From Candidatus Omnitrophota bacterium (GTDB taxonomy: Bacteria; Omnitrophota; Gorgyraeia; Zapsychrales; Zapsychraceae): a stretch of 64,000 bases of DNA. The notes beneath the pieces were generated by a model. That model worked only from the letters and a program-made list of their open reading frames with translations, was not told the DNA's origin and did not search any database. Below are positions 21,001 through 24,300 of the stretch, in pieces. Every line of letters begins with the position of its first letter. Within the stretch, counting starts at the first letter, position 1. The stretch is from assembly GCA_029261065.1 (NCBI GenBank), contig JAJDCB010000011.1:111168-175167 (forward strand), given 5' to 3'. A program made the position numbers and the translations under genes.

Positions 21001-23405
21001 ATTTAGTAACCATCGAGAATGGGCGATTTGGGCCAGCCGTTAAAGAGTTTAATCAGTTTTTATTAAGCTTAGGCATTCGTTCCGTAGAAGATTTGAATGA
21101 AAATTTTGAAATAGTTATTTTCCCATCCCTGCATGAACGGTTATCAGAAGAAGAAATAATAATCTGGCGGAATCAAATGAGTTTAAGACAATACCGATCT
21201 GAAATTCTTGCAGCCATGTACTTGAAATCTGTCGTCATTTTAAAAAACGTCAAGTCTGTAATAAATAAGGAAACAGAACGAACCGTTACTCCTTTTGATA
21301 ACAACATTCAAAGAACACAGCTCGAGATTGCCAAACATGCCGCTTTGCAAATAGTTAGAATGTTTAAACTAGGTGAGTTTAATTATGGTCGAGGAGATGG
21401 AGTACAAAAGTTAGTTCAAAGCATAGATCGCGCTATTGCCTTTCAGCGTTCTTTTGTATCTTCTGCATTAAAGAAAAGCGTTTCACGTTTAGAAATTAGC
21501 AATATCAAAGCGCACATTTCAGGAATGCTTGGTTTCTTGCTGTTCCCAGTGCTTGAAGTTCCAGATGAGATTGTTGCGCTTAAGAAAATCTCTTCCCATC
21601 ATAATATTCTCAGTATTGGTGGCGCGGTCACACCTTACTATTTTCTCGAGCATGCGAACACCGTGGATGTCGTTGATCATGCGCCAGAACAAATATGGTT
21701 CCTTCGCATACTACAAACAGCCATTAAAAAGCAATCGACGGAAGAATTAATGGAAGATCTTAGAGGGATTATCCGTAGGCAAGGATTGTCCGAGGTACAA
21801 GAGCGGATAATACTTAAGAGCTTTGAACAAGCTTATGGATTTATTGTAAACAAAGAGCGAAGACAGAACCTAGAAGGAAAAGTTGATCGCATCAAATTGG
21901 TCGAATCAAATATTATTTCTGTCCCACGAGACACCAAATACGACATAGTTTATTATTCAACGTTACCGTTTGTCTATGAACAAGCAGAAGATGCGCAGTC
22001 ATTAGAGAGTCTCATGAAGAGAATTAATGTTGATCTAGAGAACGGAATAACTGTTATTTATGCCACGTTTTATATGCGTAATCCACTAAGGTCACTGGAA
22101 AGTTATATTCCAAATGCTCTTAATAAATATGAAATCAAAGTTGTTCCATCCAAGATATATCCTGTGACATCTTATGTTGTGCTTTCTATTAAAAATTCTA
22201 TTTTTGAAAAGGGGCGCTCAAAATCATCTTTTGATACTACTACCACTTTAAATGTTGCAGGATCTTTAAGTGTTGAAAAATATGCATCAGGTCAAACAAC
22301 CCTTCGACGGAGTAAGAAGTTGGCACGAGAAGTTAGTGTTCGTCAACTCAAAAATTCTTCCCTTCCACAATCATCTTCATCCCTTAGACTTGAAGAAATT
22401 TTAAAGCTTGTTGAAGAAGGTGAAGTTGATATGGCTGTTTGGAAATTTGTAAATAAAGAGTTTCAAGGTCAACATTATGCGGATTATGTTAAGGTGCGCG
22501 ATGTATTATTAAGGCGTCTTGAGACGAGAGTTTTTCTACTTAGAAATAAAATTTTAAATCTATCGGTAAGGAGTGGCGATTATATATTGGGGTTTATATC
22601 TGGTGTAATAGTGAGTCGGGAAATAGTAGATCGTAGAGTTTATAGGATAGCTAAGAGTGATCATAATCTAGCTTATAAAAGACTTGAAGATGAATTCAGT
22701 CAAAGGGATGCTGAGAAGGTAGCTATCCATGCACAAATTATTGCTGATCCTGTGAATATGTTTAGAGAGTCTTTAGATAGTGTTTTTGTTAAAATGTCAA
22801 CTGGCGTATATGAGATAGATAATTCGACAAGTAGAAATAGTTTTAAGTTAGATAAATTTGAACTTATTCAAGAGAACATTAACGAACTTCTACACCGAAA
22901 TCTACATTTAGAAGTATCCTTGACACAAGCAGAGTTAAATAAAATATTGCTACGTGTACAAGCAACAATATATATTAACGCACTACGCGGTGTATTTGAA
23001 GATCGTACTTATGACAGACTAAATTTTATGACATTAAGGGAAAGTCCAATAAAAAATTTAAAACGGACTCAATATTATTTCAATATTCTTTTAAATAGTG
23101 GTGTAGTTACCTCACAGTTGAAAGATCAAATAGAAAAAGACAAATGGCAAGTTTCAGAAGCCATTCGATACAATGAATCATCTTCGCCTATGCGAACGTT
23201 GGGTACGAAATTAAAAGAATGGATAAAAGTGCGTTATGAAAAAAATAGGGGGCTTTTCTCGAAGGAATTTATTATTCATTGGATAGATGAGATATTTATT
23301 GAATTAAATGTTTTTAGATTGCAATTACTAGATTGGATGTATCAATTATTACATATTCGTGAATGGTTTTATCGATTAAGACGATTAATGTTTGGTTGGG
23401 GATGA
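3..23405 (+). CDS. Giant multidomain protein (>7,800 aa, 5'-partial) made of SSP-delimited modules
   Basis: The 7791-aa ORF from TTG at 30 is also open in frame from nt 3 (K-S-S-S-P-F-T-K-K-L), so the true start is probably upstream of the window. Stop TGA at 23403-23405. Many recognisable enzyme motifs occur in this one frame. Confidence 0.93.
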   Translation, partial: KSSSPFTKKLLQELPANSKDNYQVGLIKDVALSSPLKVRKKSKVQKKKKALTADFDGELIRKKLGSSARALSLLNGSDLETNLVQVNSRERRVIHRLIKTVSEFHLITILSLSKLEQAPGRDVIERFYQSPDAKYRVAKLLQLVEVAKYILSNVESVIQKRENIEILRGKYVKILDENIWSQDELQEISIHLDYAITDSQIVKFSKKKIVVPEENNLKALELLMVEIEKRSVGDDGISLETFYNQLRAIIDTQEASFSSLARLSTSFEYSFTEIAVRRLLNTKGEDLKNYKITANTARGFIAVIDFYQTYNLLALGVQLVNFMELRPSLEWDALSDSQIEKIMVMKHIWQEHYELYQYMINLSRTMNGKAIVVHFQEKHQMLSKELEYLEAQAIQLEEEGKKLVEDIMVTVEPLIYEAQSLIYKFFRRDTINEEAIAYYTQVVFAKEAVDRILKEEKVTEGTTKDFIWDHMRDFAQTPPQSSSSVLTLETAMLILSLLMPFVLVVVFAHLIYKHVGEENDQKILHASKEKGVDRTDVKVFFMTIFLLGLVVYRLLFADAVVIEDSVIQIINKRWFNDLLAVITVTIIINIFINIVRLVEGIKSFDVQVMLRATTYSYLITELFIETFQRGSPFIDLFLGYFYYSDYIAFGISLALSELFIFKAYPEGSRKFFEKITINLRKSKDTETSGSSPLNKKDKNAQIVISTLKHLNFPERYRRRISKVLLEVFDKKGVDLVKFEINHQSLAKRTIFFNKLKDFIESLASYENGIFTFRVQDNTKIGKYLFLPFDLTREIEYAFKYKNAVTDELYALMESLAMRECICDPFILHVLLYSIGYRNFKYYMINEHIVLAVIYKGKLMFVDTAAESVSQAFYIDEYYQKYGQIWRLRDEKKERFFRHVLSDYSASVKVDHVTLEEIHSIYEIVNHNIALHHMESDRYQEAMEQLNLGLSYNPNNSEMLYTLGLAFQKTGQLQEALKYFKQSAKINPMDPDVCICLGNIYIDLQKYALASRYYNRAEQLTNKTSSSLKEKSNSPMIGFARTKSGLLLTEHEIDIDILENYDGRIITKEQIVYLESALKLVQYYLGRERVDLLVAFEKLKKMVDLGLIRAAPFDRIYGTIKEDRTYVHGHAGVEKGIYLDNVILQNPLELIFTLINLVGSLHGQSHSENSALKFDFILDNGFYEGLVESGIVNQTKKDSADQPSIKLLQNIIVRFNQESLLIRQSVEIPKYLHTVDLQAIINHYLFAILLRIASGEVVISDRLRTSMKQAIPPLENIPDHLVIVAVPGTFDPPHFNHIIALLQAMLFAMQNEKGRRVTFIGFLKNNLFDDEEIGYKPFKSKAYHREAMAKQLTDIFFPLINFAGADLGYLQSHYYQESSLRLIDLNRYQTMGSPKPVSFYLGSGADNFVRNRKALHYMLGERHGEFENVTFRIVMIDARFNSTLEGGSVHEIPFDQSKFRQLTQYYRRPYEIHAIVGLQATHFRSTDLRGGFGDSHVPVSIRNYFRMNALYSLDRIRQSAQNTTLDDTALIRFSSIYSPGYGVSDHLESLNWELLQEFELTIHQFYLFHGDEKVQGYTELKIGKGTLVYIPLPNLEGHPEELFNFQKALRDRLRSLYSRHQEGAFKQPIIYVNHDPGKPASLVFDQEVAQYPDIRQSIEYHWGRGYVEHDLLYQLTSNVPSASVTVLGLEDILPESTVELGNGVDVVYFNPADVTKGRFRKEYAVSENQLIVFAPARLVREKGHMDILQVALLLQKQGQFKDVTFVFAGLDDDQNFLTEMKRFIKLQKLQYRFLFVGNLKGHRLLEGYRDSDIGLLASHSEGTPRSVIEMQAMGLPVIATNVGGTANVILDGDSGYIVEKEDVPDIFFRLKVLLSSQVIRTEFGAVGRANTVNKFSLEKLAQRHTTFYTSLLSSEDNGKIDPSKRQSSPMESLFLPHDGNVIEDIVFDPTDKDAEIVYKSGRREEIVSNYMPEFDSEIVKFYSYSKRSAAVTYINEKGLVSLAVKLKDAPPFEMFTPFDFVRGVTDVRFNLTESGIAAIFDFNYDPVNPPVRIKIVNMIDSKLIEDMFTGAGIKRQLSERLGKEVHPNIEVRFFESSYEGFVIVTYNTLEERKRKVTVVQLTSSPLSLEDQGKTGTYNKSSLIMPQNVEAGVATLAPSSATFTLTERLKLMLSTRAPPTGFSTFVLLTILSALMFLTSPAALQAQESFNPIHPNIHLVHDNKNKRIVPWSTPIELHDENNKWVMNYFSGMPLDLLLNFEQRQIKAQKARTKQAFPEPIQVRRTKSLTIHFKYIEEGTINIILHDAHDATRDIRLPPAHLQTSDKASVTLFVSKIPWKNMKEVGAISIEWDKSEEAGVTVDTLEGLKVRPIIVIPSVIIVEFLDFFEAKLNQPWLQSKYQKQEKDYPHSSSPVGTETISLISLFIDPAFVVGAVVILSAWFWKTRLRHRVFNTYVDDFIIGILHFVGGLVFVIVSGSFLDFPSEQPDFEKIGPFGFLIATIVLLISGLFTGIIGFTLLKGFVGYTLTFNPKRILTYKDNWNNMGFRYFRYNTDLYRDYLETLVPEKFELAINNGINELRNQLFIENEKGEGSDEANWTQHEQWIKNYASLAASEYIDPIQREFIRNEVINLFRWAYELTEIANIKTGIIQELKTIGGDEAVQMIDDIISSKDDRYDMEELVGVLGKITGPTEGISTLEKAIKGSGKRTAKSAVQLLGKKEGSQVNQILFNIIKERRQGLVYDAVVGLGKNMREDVLSELIDILRNTPERVGEEAAHALGSIGDVKHIPDLMTVHILNRGPGSYSNVHPFSEAFKKIWNRNKDKTNAVNQDYMGLAVILAFMHSGDLLHTPLFEARNKGIITGYLFNHAEHRQVTNRGFVPLTLEPGILTASYGFVFERKEFSIEKMANKLGIAPTLILEVNESGEKDSLVWGDGLLRGKVSNEQIYLYLPSVQLIHNAQKGIFDGFNDVKLLGIAPNLSKVFYVMPYGEVFSCCMLGNESINRIQLTAKAHMKRFKQTLKKNIKDYLNGLTPIQREKYFTIVPVSGEGQEPRLGRVEKKDHEPVYLEKGVLYQLNNKLIEKLQAEFSKTEDKVLQALDFIFWETIYENPLRGLLLDLEDFNGRYGVSGHMEAGKERLIQVSAKFDLKGLNIVVENEEILLEEEEKSTTAINGFIDPSQVIYRGDERTIPVRNLYDVLSVVAIYHDSTTGMVIYEKVLKGKAIITVNDQIIKIDGRESLSQLVPEGSRVIIEEKEKVSSKEPQSPGISDRTPRISAEGERNSSPLENHLMRKVNRLMVYSRKAIRAKSYTLKEHNALHRSAYDQFNDLIRNHRQFLLNPPEKHKSRVIDMLISMTVAFPSMHYDSQVDVTDNIYKTQHYLKELLLMDENMLRQRALLRRIAIELNKYKTSIDSVYPKFRMGVSAVVDPFDYIHDLWELQNMIGSVEISLSTHPLSSKKNVLLLSVGQEYNAPQKFTHFTLFSGHTHHFEFKFVLSDKDTAIASDYLAKGLTSYVLRFTRDREIHLAIYNQITNKWRIVYEQNEVSKNLYDFGILSSINNRLTSDKFPTSRDTFHSSPINTAVMFMGRPVMKLYTGHARVLYESGLPETVELFKKVAVALDTLDPQQEENGLERVFNVTKENDPRAFYVLFSILQVAEYFKLRHLIKQNQWAIDINTFIGYSQGLYAAAFSAGSLSVEDFVKLLINSYNYDTKNPSNEEERVGIIIEGEDVGANNNLVFRLQHVFPLFETIQYLSPDMINGRILSRQLGQLKDYLFTRYGKDVQVSLDMVANTITHSTGLIDKRRLFEQSIKDDGIQFQKPQIPIVSMSGEQLITEPRHIVDELGGIFDTKIFIADAMSQLTQRNLDFVFNLSLEKDKFIKRLFRLHDLRIPLGTFQDYLSESGAFGRSGSPFKANISNLKHPSLRQNSSPHKTRKNRDERNHSSQIITSEVQQSSTVDLYTQLDETIEKTNNLYLKKYTIGIGKDVYSIATDPLGGYLRVGPVVIINREHLTQSISNLYQQHISMTVTDLNIKWRSFVIPIIAAMVHHRDAIKDSVVFEFGSGRGLLIHEALKLGAKRVIGIDNNIEELERSVQLFRGLKYPVKLILGLDNLKNVNMQENLLIHDNIERWLTLNAKERQQIMGTDVPLYIGNIGEFYVVHDMLIDSFVNQSRLTFDLSILGGYDGSIGFGTAVTIDRLRKFGWKVNLVPSQTGELGFYAIVFGSDSKMKSSNPLHSKRSRLSNSSSMQKNNPEKLVEAGFVGIGIAKDKQTAQEFREARAHIVIHGDYRNKDKLLLAIGHSSSSSAIMSSEYRRTPTSSPFIAIHEKRKGIEENKHITKFLQLLTFGTTLLISGVAHAQTGDSANLENNEYGAIEFPGLPIIMEHTKRVNIYTQEGFIIPGFTPTEEIAFMSVLLISLILSAKIIFTYIKNKTKEKKKVYSAKDILKFIFSVTILAIAFDHLAKFLAVTIFLETLGDITLHYVLRFQSVTIVIQQTFEFALGVISITLLANKYKMFTVKSIQVAMISLALIFAGIPQRFSARGLPVIDFIPLKFTLGFSPADFMVVVGGIIFPIVVFWKLYMWGLNKMFGHKIENRVFTILLLINAGFIGALDFYAPSTLEQYESILSWISLPVLYGSTKIISHFIRKVFDQPLGSSSPLTKIDLKRIDRLKEHIEIDYKTGRFRLIQSVKMMFHFIMVRHGLTFANIKKINQGLKYFGPLGNLSPPGIKTIHTHLISNLYNYYERYALEKRLVMVSSEISRAIQTRELIAEQLRPLYRERIETSESHLANEMNFGTLEGKAFSEITPYETRMYERIWVDRNYLLPYPQGYNFLRLFDQAYELLNTINTSSHQTMTTLVSHGVMIQVARALLGDKEIVDQDGWIDLGQGMLPNAQLIFIEKDTGRIEMPSISLTSSPLTNAFNPTKPTVLMWVRKGGSTLFQTQGNRTKGIRARISNLYSSSSLIDGGRIPILIADPYKSLIIEWANKPDQSQDFYLGEIQLREEGSTDKTSKKRFVYVRETKRRGAHGDSESNFKLMFSSKEIKVDNDEFIEEFGQFVRLYKKDDGWQLERFYPLGSKSDMVNPYGGTGVDTLIWEYFTTAIKSQYHGFYNSGTENYRAVRSYLINSARGNGLLQSIKIGHSRRQNLEKVKMDGRFFGEENFRALYIQNMSRKIKLFSLIALGENEYQAHTIDESFLGTEFLIDGDRVVVTFPSGDVIKDGIKVGHIQEVTRTIYVNSKPVSSPLVKIFYDSLSNSTRQFSGKQSEETQRAIDGQFTRVAGQNEMDIFLRDYDPILMEVRRSLQNLMGQMFMQTSELLSNGFYYINSNTPSPRDDFNMKSRQNIVFRRFGVGDLGLLGLHRSAMVNNIDIKGTGDDGIYPFLLNDPLKGFNSRFLEFGNLRWLARGEALVALRLQEVALEALGEPIMISTPFDIISTQYIPFNGSIISLEDYFINYIEQHPQARNYFAQFNAGKSEKVTNTKSIQEDIKYFLSTYGVAQLRSWLPTDMRSAITDIATSKGLEVLFEELFRLHNEDFVKPLEAGDPNQYRSLIKKYNMSQIISILNKSAIHLGRAIGVILGIGANVEQSFAKRNLTGFFIGKDYDDGYVPSRFQEQFIYKRVAEPGLKWHVSQGVLTLQDLGEFLLGRDAENVTRAAEKILKETVYETYIQVQETIIEDPNQIVFQPAFIKGLRQWRDQKGFALLKAKTSSALSLIQSISYRELTPFISDSTSSPLVKFDARSATSSSPLKSKVLKIFPKEKETVLYQFLNKLKSIIPENLIDSVDRASTYEAWDVHPEYGYPRRKQVELKILLDNYKYDAHTLNEADEEKAVTDILKLAAWIVIGHKSVLGPNINEDNRIFLESVDEVMAHIKNKNNIFKVVEYFKLNRYRYLPTILRARVAFHLYKSGDTVNAKRLFISAMRQAQKHTLEINDAFRLYVYIAHQHLLLGRIATGRRILRRIMSDGKIEKSFELTVALNYLDSGYGFHALKIVQPMGAEDQFNFYLHMARREVDHGQFDQMIKSTLPILNNLIREGPYISNGSFHMYNLLIHATQKLNAAQRIDAAHLMMKEATRFAKEVSFPPDSIKSLELERLVLKILLKVTRSKNKYQEINRAYFALDQIRLGQLDQAMETIGEIKLIHNKIVLEIFMASYLLMSRNERKADLLIREIKKRMNEKIRRVGVRLILYTYLFVKLVESGYLNKAKQIANIIFREIRQLRKIDNVWVARISQIIKQALLVTLPEHDRPLRELGGLYQHIERGMSLGINAAFKLMIDISGKFPINSENEQLFSKEVHNASNWIQHYKDDIGFMYLFYPEFKQYETLAEFDQAFQKQSQDLILNGFPLESSRRTQILVFMGIRFAGIKTIELKELEDRWDKIQHFENNNPGSFARAFNDRGYPILFIKSLRRKVRADEVKWGKLWAHWRPIYHMQYHLLHGKTDDVVMDGFAEGKRMPILDEKTRDRFFRRSYAYVLIEEQLHKDSSLADRIGIMNTRKLDLFLFHHPELENIQDIIFERRSDEEFQKRFRKAMFKVTLWMSNFFTNDKSGQFARLARLILFSYEFNKEWHMKFNDSENPDDQFASFYAFFNDAINHLPNQLNFSISQFKKLEESINEFRNPIFEEMNAAHVDEYEDIDGGFWLVPVGFLGLARGKAGLGDCSFNCGSAGDPFSRFMSQDAINYFVYEGNRDLNRKVTERLKTNEHGLTAFDFASGQNLKGYIGLHEAQSLNGRRKVMAMDTIGTPQIIVEQQIRELLKQVEQVAHAKGFESTALPHNLGPSFTHQNKEVIQKMPEFRKKRMIKLRSLHDSKWQKFTEMFGKDKYHSIEDGRFRLVKLEEEVSSLMTLRGSSPLNRIDFIIEFLLAGELDVALKAFHRKPPQSSYDFDFKTIMMALNIKLPERAGHAILGALDHQRQAHVITRQFVERINTTSRVVSEDLLVEERVLLEHTIEVAAWIFDEIEQIDPVYQLPRDKVFSSFGISGLHIERDIHDLELDRRALEWHLVTIENGRFGPAVKEFNQFLLSLGIRSVEDLNENFEIVIFPSLHERLSEEEIIIWRNQMSLRQYRSEILAAMYLKSVVILKNVKSVINKETERTVTPFDNNIQRTQLEIAKHAALQIVRMFKLGEFNYGRGDGVQKLVQSIDRAIAFQRSFVSSALKKSVSRLEISNIKAHISGMLGFLLFPVLEVPDEIVALKKISSHHNILSIGGAVTPYYFLEHANTVDVVDHAPEQIWFLRILQTAIKKQSTEELMEDLRGIIRRQGLSEVQERIILKSFEQAYGFIVNKERRQNLEGKVDRIKLVESNIISVPRDTKYDIVYYSTLPFVYEQAEDAQSLESLMKRINVDLENGITVIYATFYMRNPLRSLESYIPNALNKYEIKVVPSKIYPVTSYVVLSIKNSIFEKGRSKSSFDTTTTLNVAGSLSVEKYASGQTTLRRSKKLAREVSVRQLKNSSLPQSSSSLRLEEILKLVEEGEVDMAVWKFVNKEFQGQHYADYVKVRDVLLRRLETRVFLLRNKILNLSVRSGDYILGFISGVIVSREIVDRRVYRIAKSDHNLAYKRLEDEFSQRDAEKVAIHAQIIADPVNMFRESLDSVFVKMSTGVYEIDNSTSRNSFKLDKFELIQENINELLHRNLHLEVSLTQAELNKILLRVQATIYINALRGVFEDRTYDRLNFMTLRESPIKNLKRTQYYFNILLNSGVVTSQLKDQIEKDKWQVSEAIRYNESSSPMRTLGTKLKEWIKVRYEKNRGLFSKEFIIHWIDEIFIELNVFRLQLLDWMYQLLHIREWFYRLRRLMFGWG
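2451..3060 (+). other. Giant-ORF module: transglutaminase-like/SirB1-like (Cys-His-Asp) core followed by TPR repeats
   Basis: ECICDPFILHVLLYSIG...NEHIVLAV...LMFVDT spacing; TPR text NPNNSEMLYTLGLAFQKTGQLQEALKYFKQSAKINPMDPDVCICLGNIY. Confidence 0.6.
3843..4533 (+). other. Giant-ORF module: HxGH-class nucleotidyltransferase (NadD/CoaD-like)
   Basis: VAVPGTFDPPHFNH, FYLGSGADNF, FRSTDLR, VPVSIRNYFRMNALY match the NadD motif order. Confidence 0.8.
4587..5730 (+). other. Giant-ORF module: GT-B family 4 glycosyltransferase
   Basis: FAPARLVREKGH and SHSEGTPRSVIEMQAMGLPVIATNVGG (E-x7-E signature). Confidence 0.9.
7920..8450 (+). other. Giant-ORF module: HEAT/PBS-lyase-like repeats downstream of TM helices
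   Basis: Repeated A-x-x-x-LG-x motifs (AKSAVQLLGK, YDAVVGLGK, EAAHALGSIGD). Confidence 0.7.
10734..11690 (+). other. Giant-ORF module: malonyl-CoA:ACP transacylase (FabD/PKS AT)-like
   Basis: FIGYSQGLYAAAFSAGSLSVEDFVKL (GxSxG nucleophile, 11028-11042), ITHS (cf. AFHS), FQKPQIPIVS. Confidence 0.8.
12100..12660 (+). other. Giant-ORF module: class I SAM methyltransferase (PrmA-like)
   Basis: KDSVVFEFGSGRGLLIHEALKLGAKRVIGIDNN (motif I plus acidic beta2). Confidence 0.8.
13330..13740 (+). other. Giant-ORF module: lipoprotein signal peptidase (LspA)-like membrane domain
   Basis: AFDHLAKFLA (cf. DQxxK), GLPVIDFI and FSPADFMVVVG (cf. VVDF...FNVAD) within TM helices; the GNxxDR motif is degenerate. 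Confidence 0.6.
14076..14700 (+). other. Giant-ORF module: histidine phosphatase (phosphoglycerate mutase-like)
   Basis: IMVRHGLTFAN (RHG at 14091-14099), SSEISRAIQT, NEMNFGTLEG, LVSHG. Confidence 0.9.
21600..22090 (+). other. Giant-ORF module: SAM-dependent transferase, BtaA/DUF3419-like
   Basis: ILSIGG...VDVVDHAPEQIWFLRILQTAI (cf. AVDxNPxQxxLLELKxAA), YDIVYYS. Confidence 0.5.
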
Positions 23406-23430
23406 TATGGACGGCTTGTTTGGAAACTTT

Positions 23431-24003
23431 TTACATCCCATACTGTTTCCATAGGTCTTCGAATTCTTTGTGAACATCTTTGCCGTAATTGGCTGTTAGT
23501 TCTTTAAGTAGGGATAAGTTAATTTTATCTGCGGAAATTTTTATAATTCCAATCGCATCGTTGATGTCTTTAGAGCTTCCAGCAAAAATTTTCATGGCGA
23601 TGAGATCTTCCATACTAATGATTTTAATCGAAGAGTTCTGGAAGTTTGCTTGGTTTGTTCGTGTTAAGGCATCTTCTTTCATGCCTTTAATACCGAATAA
23701 AAGATCAACACGATTTTTAAACGTATCTTCAACATTGATGACCGCTGCAATGGGATCATCGAAGTCTCCTGTTCTATGATTTACCTGAAGACCTGCTTCA
23801 GTAAGAGCTTTGACAGTGTTTTGTAATCCGTGCTTGGAATCATCGAAATAAATAATGGCGTCAGTATCCATACTAGCTCTAACGACACCGTAAAAGGATG
23901 CTGCAAATGCTCCAATAATGGCGTAGGAGACGTTTATTTTGGATAAGATTTCGATGACATCAAGAAGTAAGAGTGGTGATTGTCCAGGGGTGGTTGTTCT
24001 CAT
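23431..24003 (-). CDS. Nucleotidyltransferase-fold protein (DUF6036/AbiEii-like)
   Basis: YAIIGAFAASFYGVVRASMDTD...RVDLL...EDLIAMKIFAGSSKDIND motif order. Confidence 0.8.
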   Translation of the reverse strand: MRTTTPGQSPLLLLDVIEILSKINVSYAIIGAFAASFYGVVRASMDTDAIIYFDDSKHGLQNTVKALTEAGLQVNHRTGDFDDPIAAVINVEDTFKNRVDLLFGIKGMKEDALTRTNQANFQNSSIKIISMEDLIAMKIFAGSSKDINDAIGIIKISADKINLSLLKELTANYGKDVHKEFEDLWKQYGM

Positions 24004-24167
24004 TTGTTAGATCTTGAAGCTTGGTTGCGGAATTTTGATCCTGCAAGGTAGACTTGCGTCATTAATTGAGAATGGTTGTAGAAGGCTTCAAGACGTTCTT
24101 CGGGGGTCATGCTTTTGCTGATACGGATAAGGTCGTCTTGGTCTTGTTGTAATATTTTTGAATGCAT
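24000..24167 (-). CDS. Small (55 aa) protein with TPEERL motif, translationally coupled to the nucleotidyltransferase
   Basis: ATG at 24167 chosen; the longer ORF from 24338 runs through a repeat and the mutL stop. ATGA overlap at 24000-24003. Confidence 0.6.
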   Translation of the reverse strand: MHSKILQQDQDDLIRISKSMTPEERLEAFYNHSQLMTQVYLAGSKFRNQASRSNK

Positions 24168-24215
24168 GATGTTAATATAGCATATATTTAGGAAAATATC
24201 CAAATGAGCTATAAA

Positions 24216-24293
24216 CATGTCATTCCCGCGTAAATGGAGGACAAGTAGTAGTTGTTTTGGCTCACGGATTCCCGCTTGCGCGGGAATGACATG
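24216..24293. repeat. Palindromic intergenic repeat (dRS3/REP-like, GTCATYCCCGC...GCGGGRATGAC), copy 1
   Basis: Perfect 15-bp IR CATGTCATTCCCGCG / CGCGGGAATGACATG; contains ATTCCC-N8-GGGAAT. Confidence 0.85.
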
Positions 24294-24300
24294 ATTACTA

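Noticed and set aside
65-21750. Short antisense or alternate-frame ORFs inside the giant gene (and similar ones inside housekeeping genes)
   Set aside because: Shadow ORFs of 60-125 aa overlapping well-supported CDSs, with no motifs.
9-23189. SSP sites as a DNA-level repeat (attC-like or recombination site)
   Set aside because: Codons vary (TCN and AGY, all four Pro codons) and I see no shared flanking DNA or palindrome. A weak TCTTCNCC/TCMAGCCC bias exists but is not enough to call a DNA site.
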